This document shows, piece by piece, positions 63,553 to 64,000 of a stretch of 64,000 nucleotides of DNA. The notes under the pieces were generated by a model. That model was not told the DNA's origin. It saw nothing but the letters and a program-made list of their open reading frames with translations, and searched no databases. The stretch lies in NCBI RefSeq assembly GCF_006345805.1, contig NW_021831850.1, positions 1 to 64,000 of the forward strand, in the 5' to 3' direction. This DNA comes from Octopus sinensis (lineage: Eukaryota). The position numbers and the translations under genes are program-made. Position 1 is the first letter of the stretch. The number at the start of each line of letters is the position of its first letter.

Positions 63553-64000
63553 GTAGTTTTATTTTTATTTTTATAGCGTGCTTTCACTTCACTACCGAGC
63601 GCAGCTCTGTGTGCCTTGGGTATGTGCTGTGATTTGTTGTGATGCTCTGATGGTTATTGTATGGAAAGTGTTCTGCGTAGGATGTGTGCAGTGCCTAGTA
63701 GTGCAATTTTCTGTATGTTATATGTGTTTGTAAGTCCTGGTGTTTTTGTTATGTATTTGTCTGAATATTTTTTTATCATGCCTAATGCACCTACTATGAT
63801 AGGAATTGTTTTGTTTTCAGATTCCACATTCTAGTTACCTCTATTTCCAGGTCTTTGTATTTTGAGAGTTTCTCCATTCTTTTAGAGACACGTTGTCATC
63901 TGCCGGTACTGATACATCAATTAGAAAGCATTTTTTTCTTCATGATCTCTGACAACTATATCTGGTCTGTTGGCCTTAATTTCTCTATCTGTGTGTATCG
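63553..64000 (-). mobile_element. 3' end of a second, distinct R4/Dong-clade element (continues beyond the window)
   Basis: IKANRPDIVVRDHEEKKCFLIDVSVPADDNVS../..[50 protein letters not shown] (stop at 63654-63656), a different 3' UTR, and a (TAA)n tail at 63488-63551. Confidence 0.88.

Overview
Eukaryotic, very AT-rich and repeat-saturated DNA. The SINE families, RTE/CR1 LINEs and microsatellite load look like an octopus (coleoid cephalopod) genome; this is inferred from pattern recognition, not a database search. The only host gene I can support is the 3' end of a minus-strand ABCC (SUR/ABCC8-9-like) transporter: six GT-AG exons at 16347->10488 that splice in frame and encode an NBD2 with Walker A, Q-loop, signature and Walker B all degenerate. 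The rest is mobile or repetitive DNA: (i) a near full-length Penelope-like element (38910-43762) with an intact RT + GIY-YIG ORF and near-identical pseudo-LTRs, each carrying a minimal hammerhead ribozyme; (ii) an unrelated hammerhead at 617-658 inside a permuted and inverted ~363-nt monomer (all three hammerheads use the U3-A8 core variant); (iii) two head-to-tail R4/Dong-type RLE LINEs beside a ~10 kb TAA/TAG microsatellite field; (iv) RTE, CR1 and probable L1/Tx1 fragments, a decayed DNA-transposase fossil and many tRNA-derived SINEs; (v) two ~5 kb minisatellite arrays with higher-order repeats, and a triplicated mosaic block at 28-38.7 kb. Most long ORFs in the supplied track are artefacts of simple repeats. 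Boundaries of SINEs, satellites and fossils are approximate.
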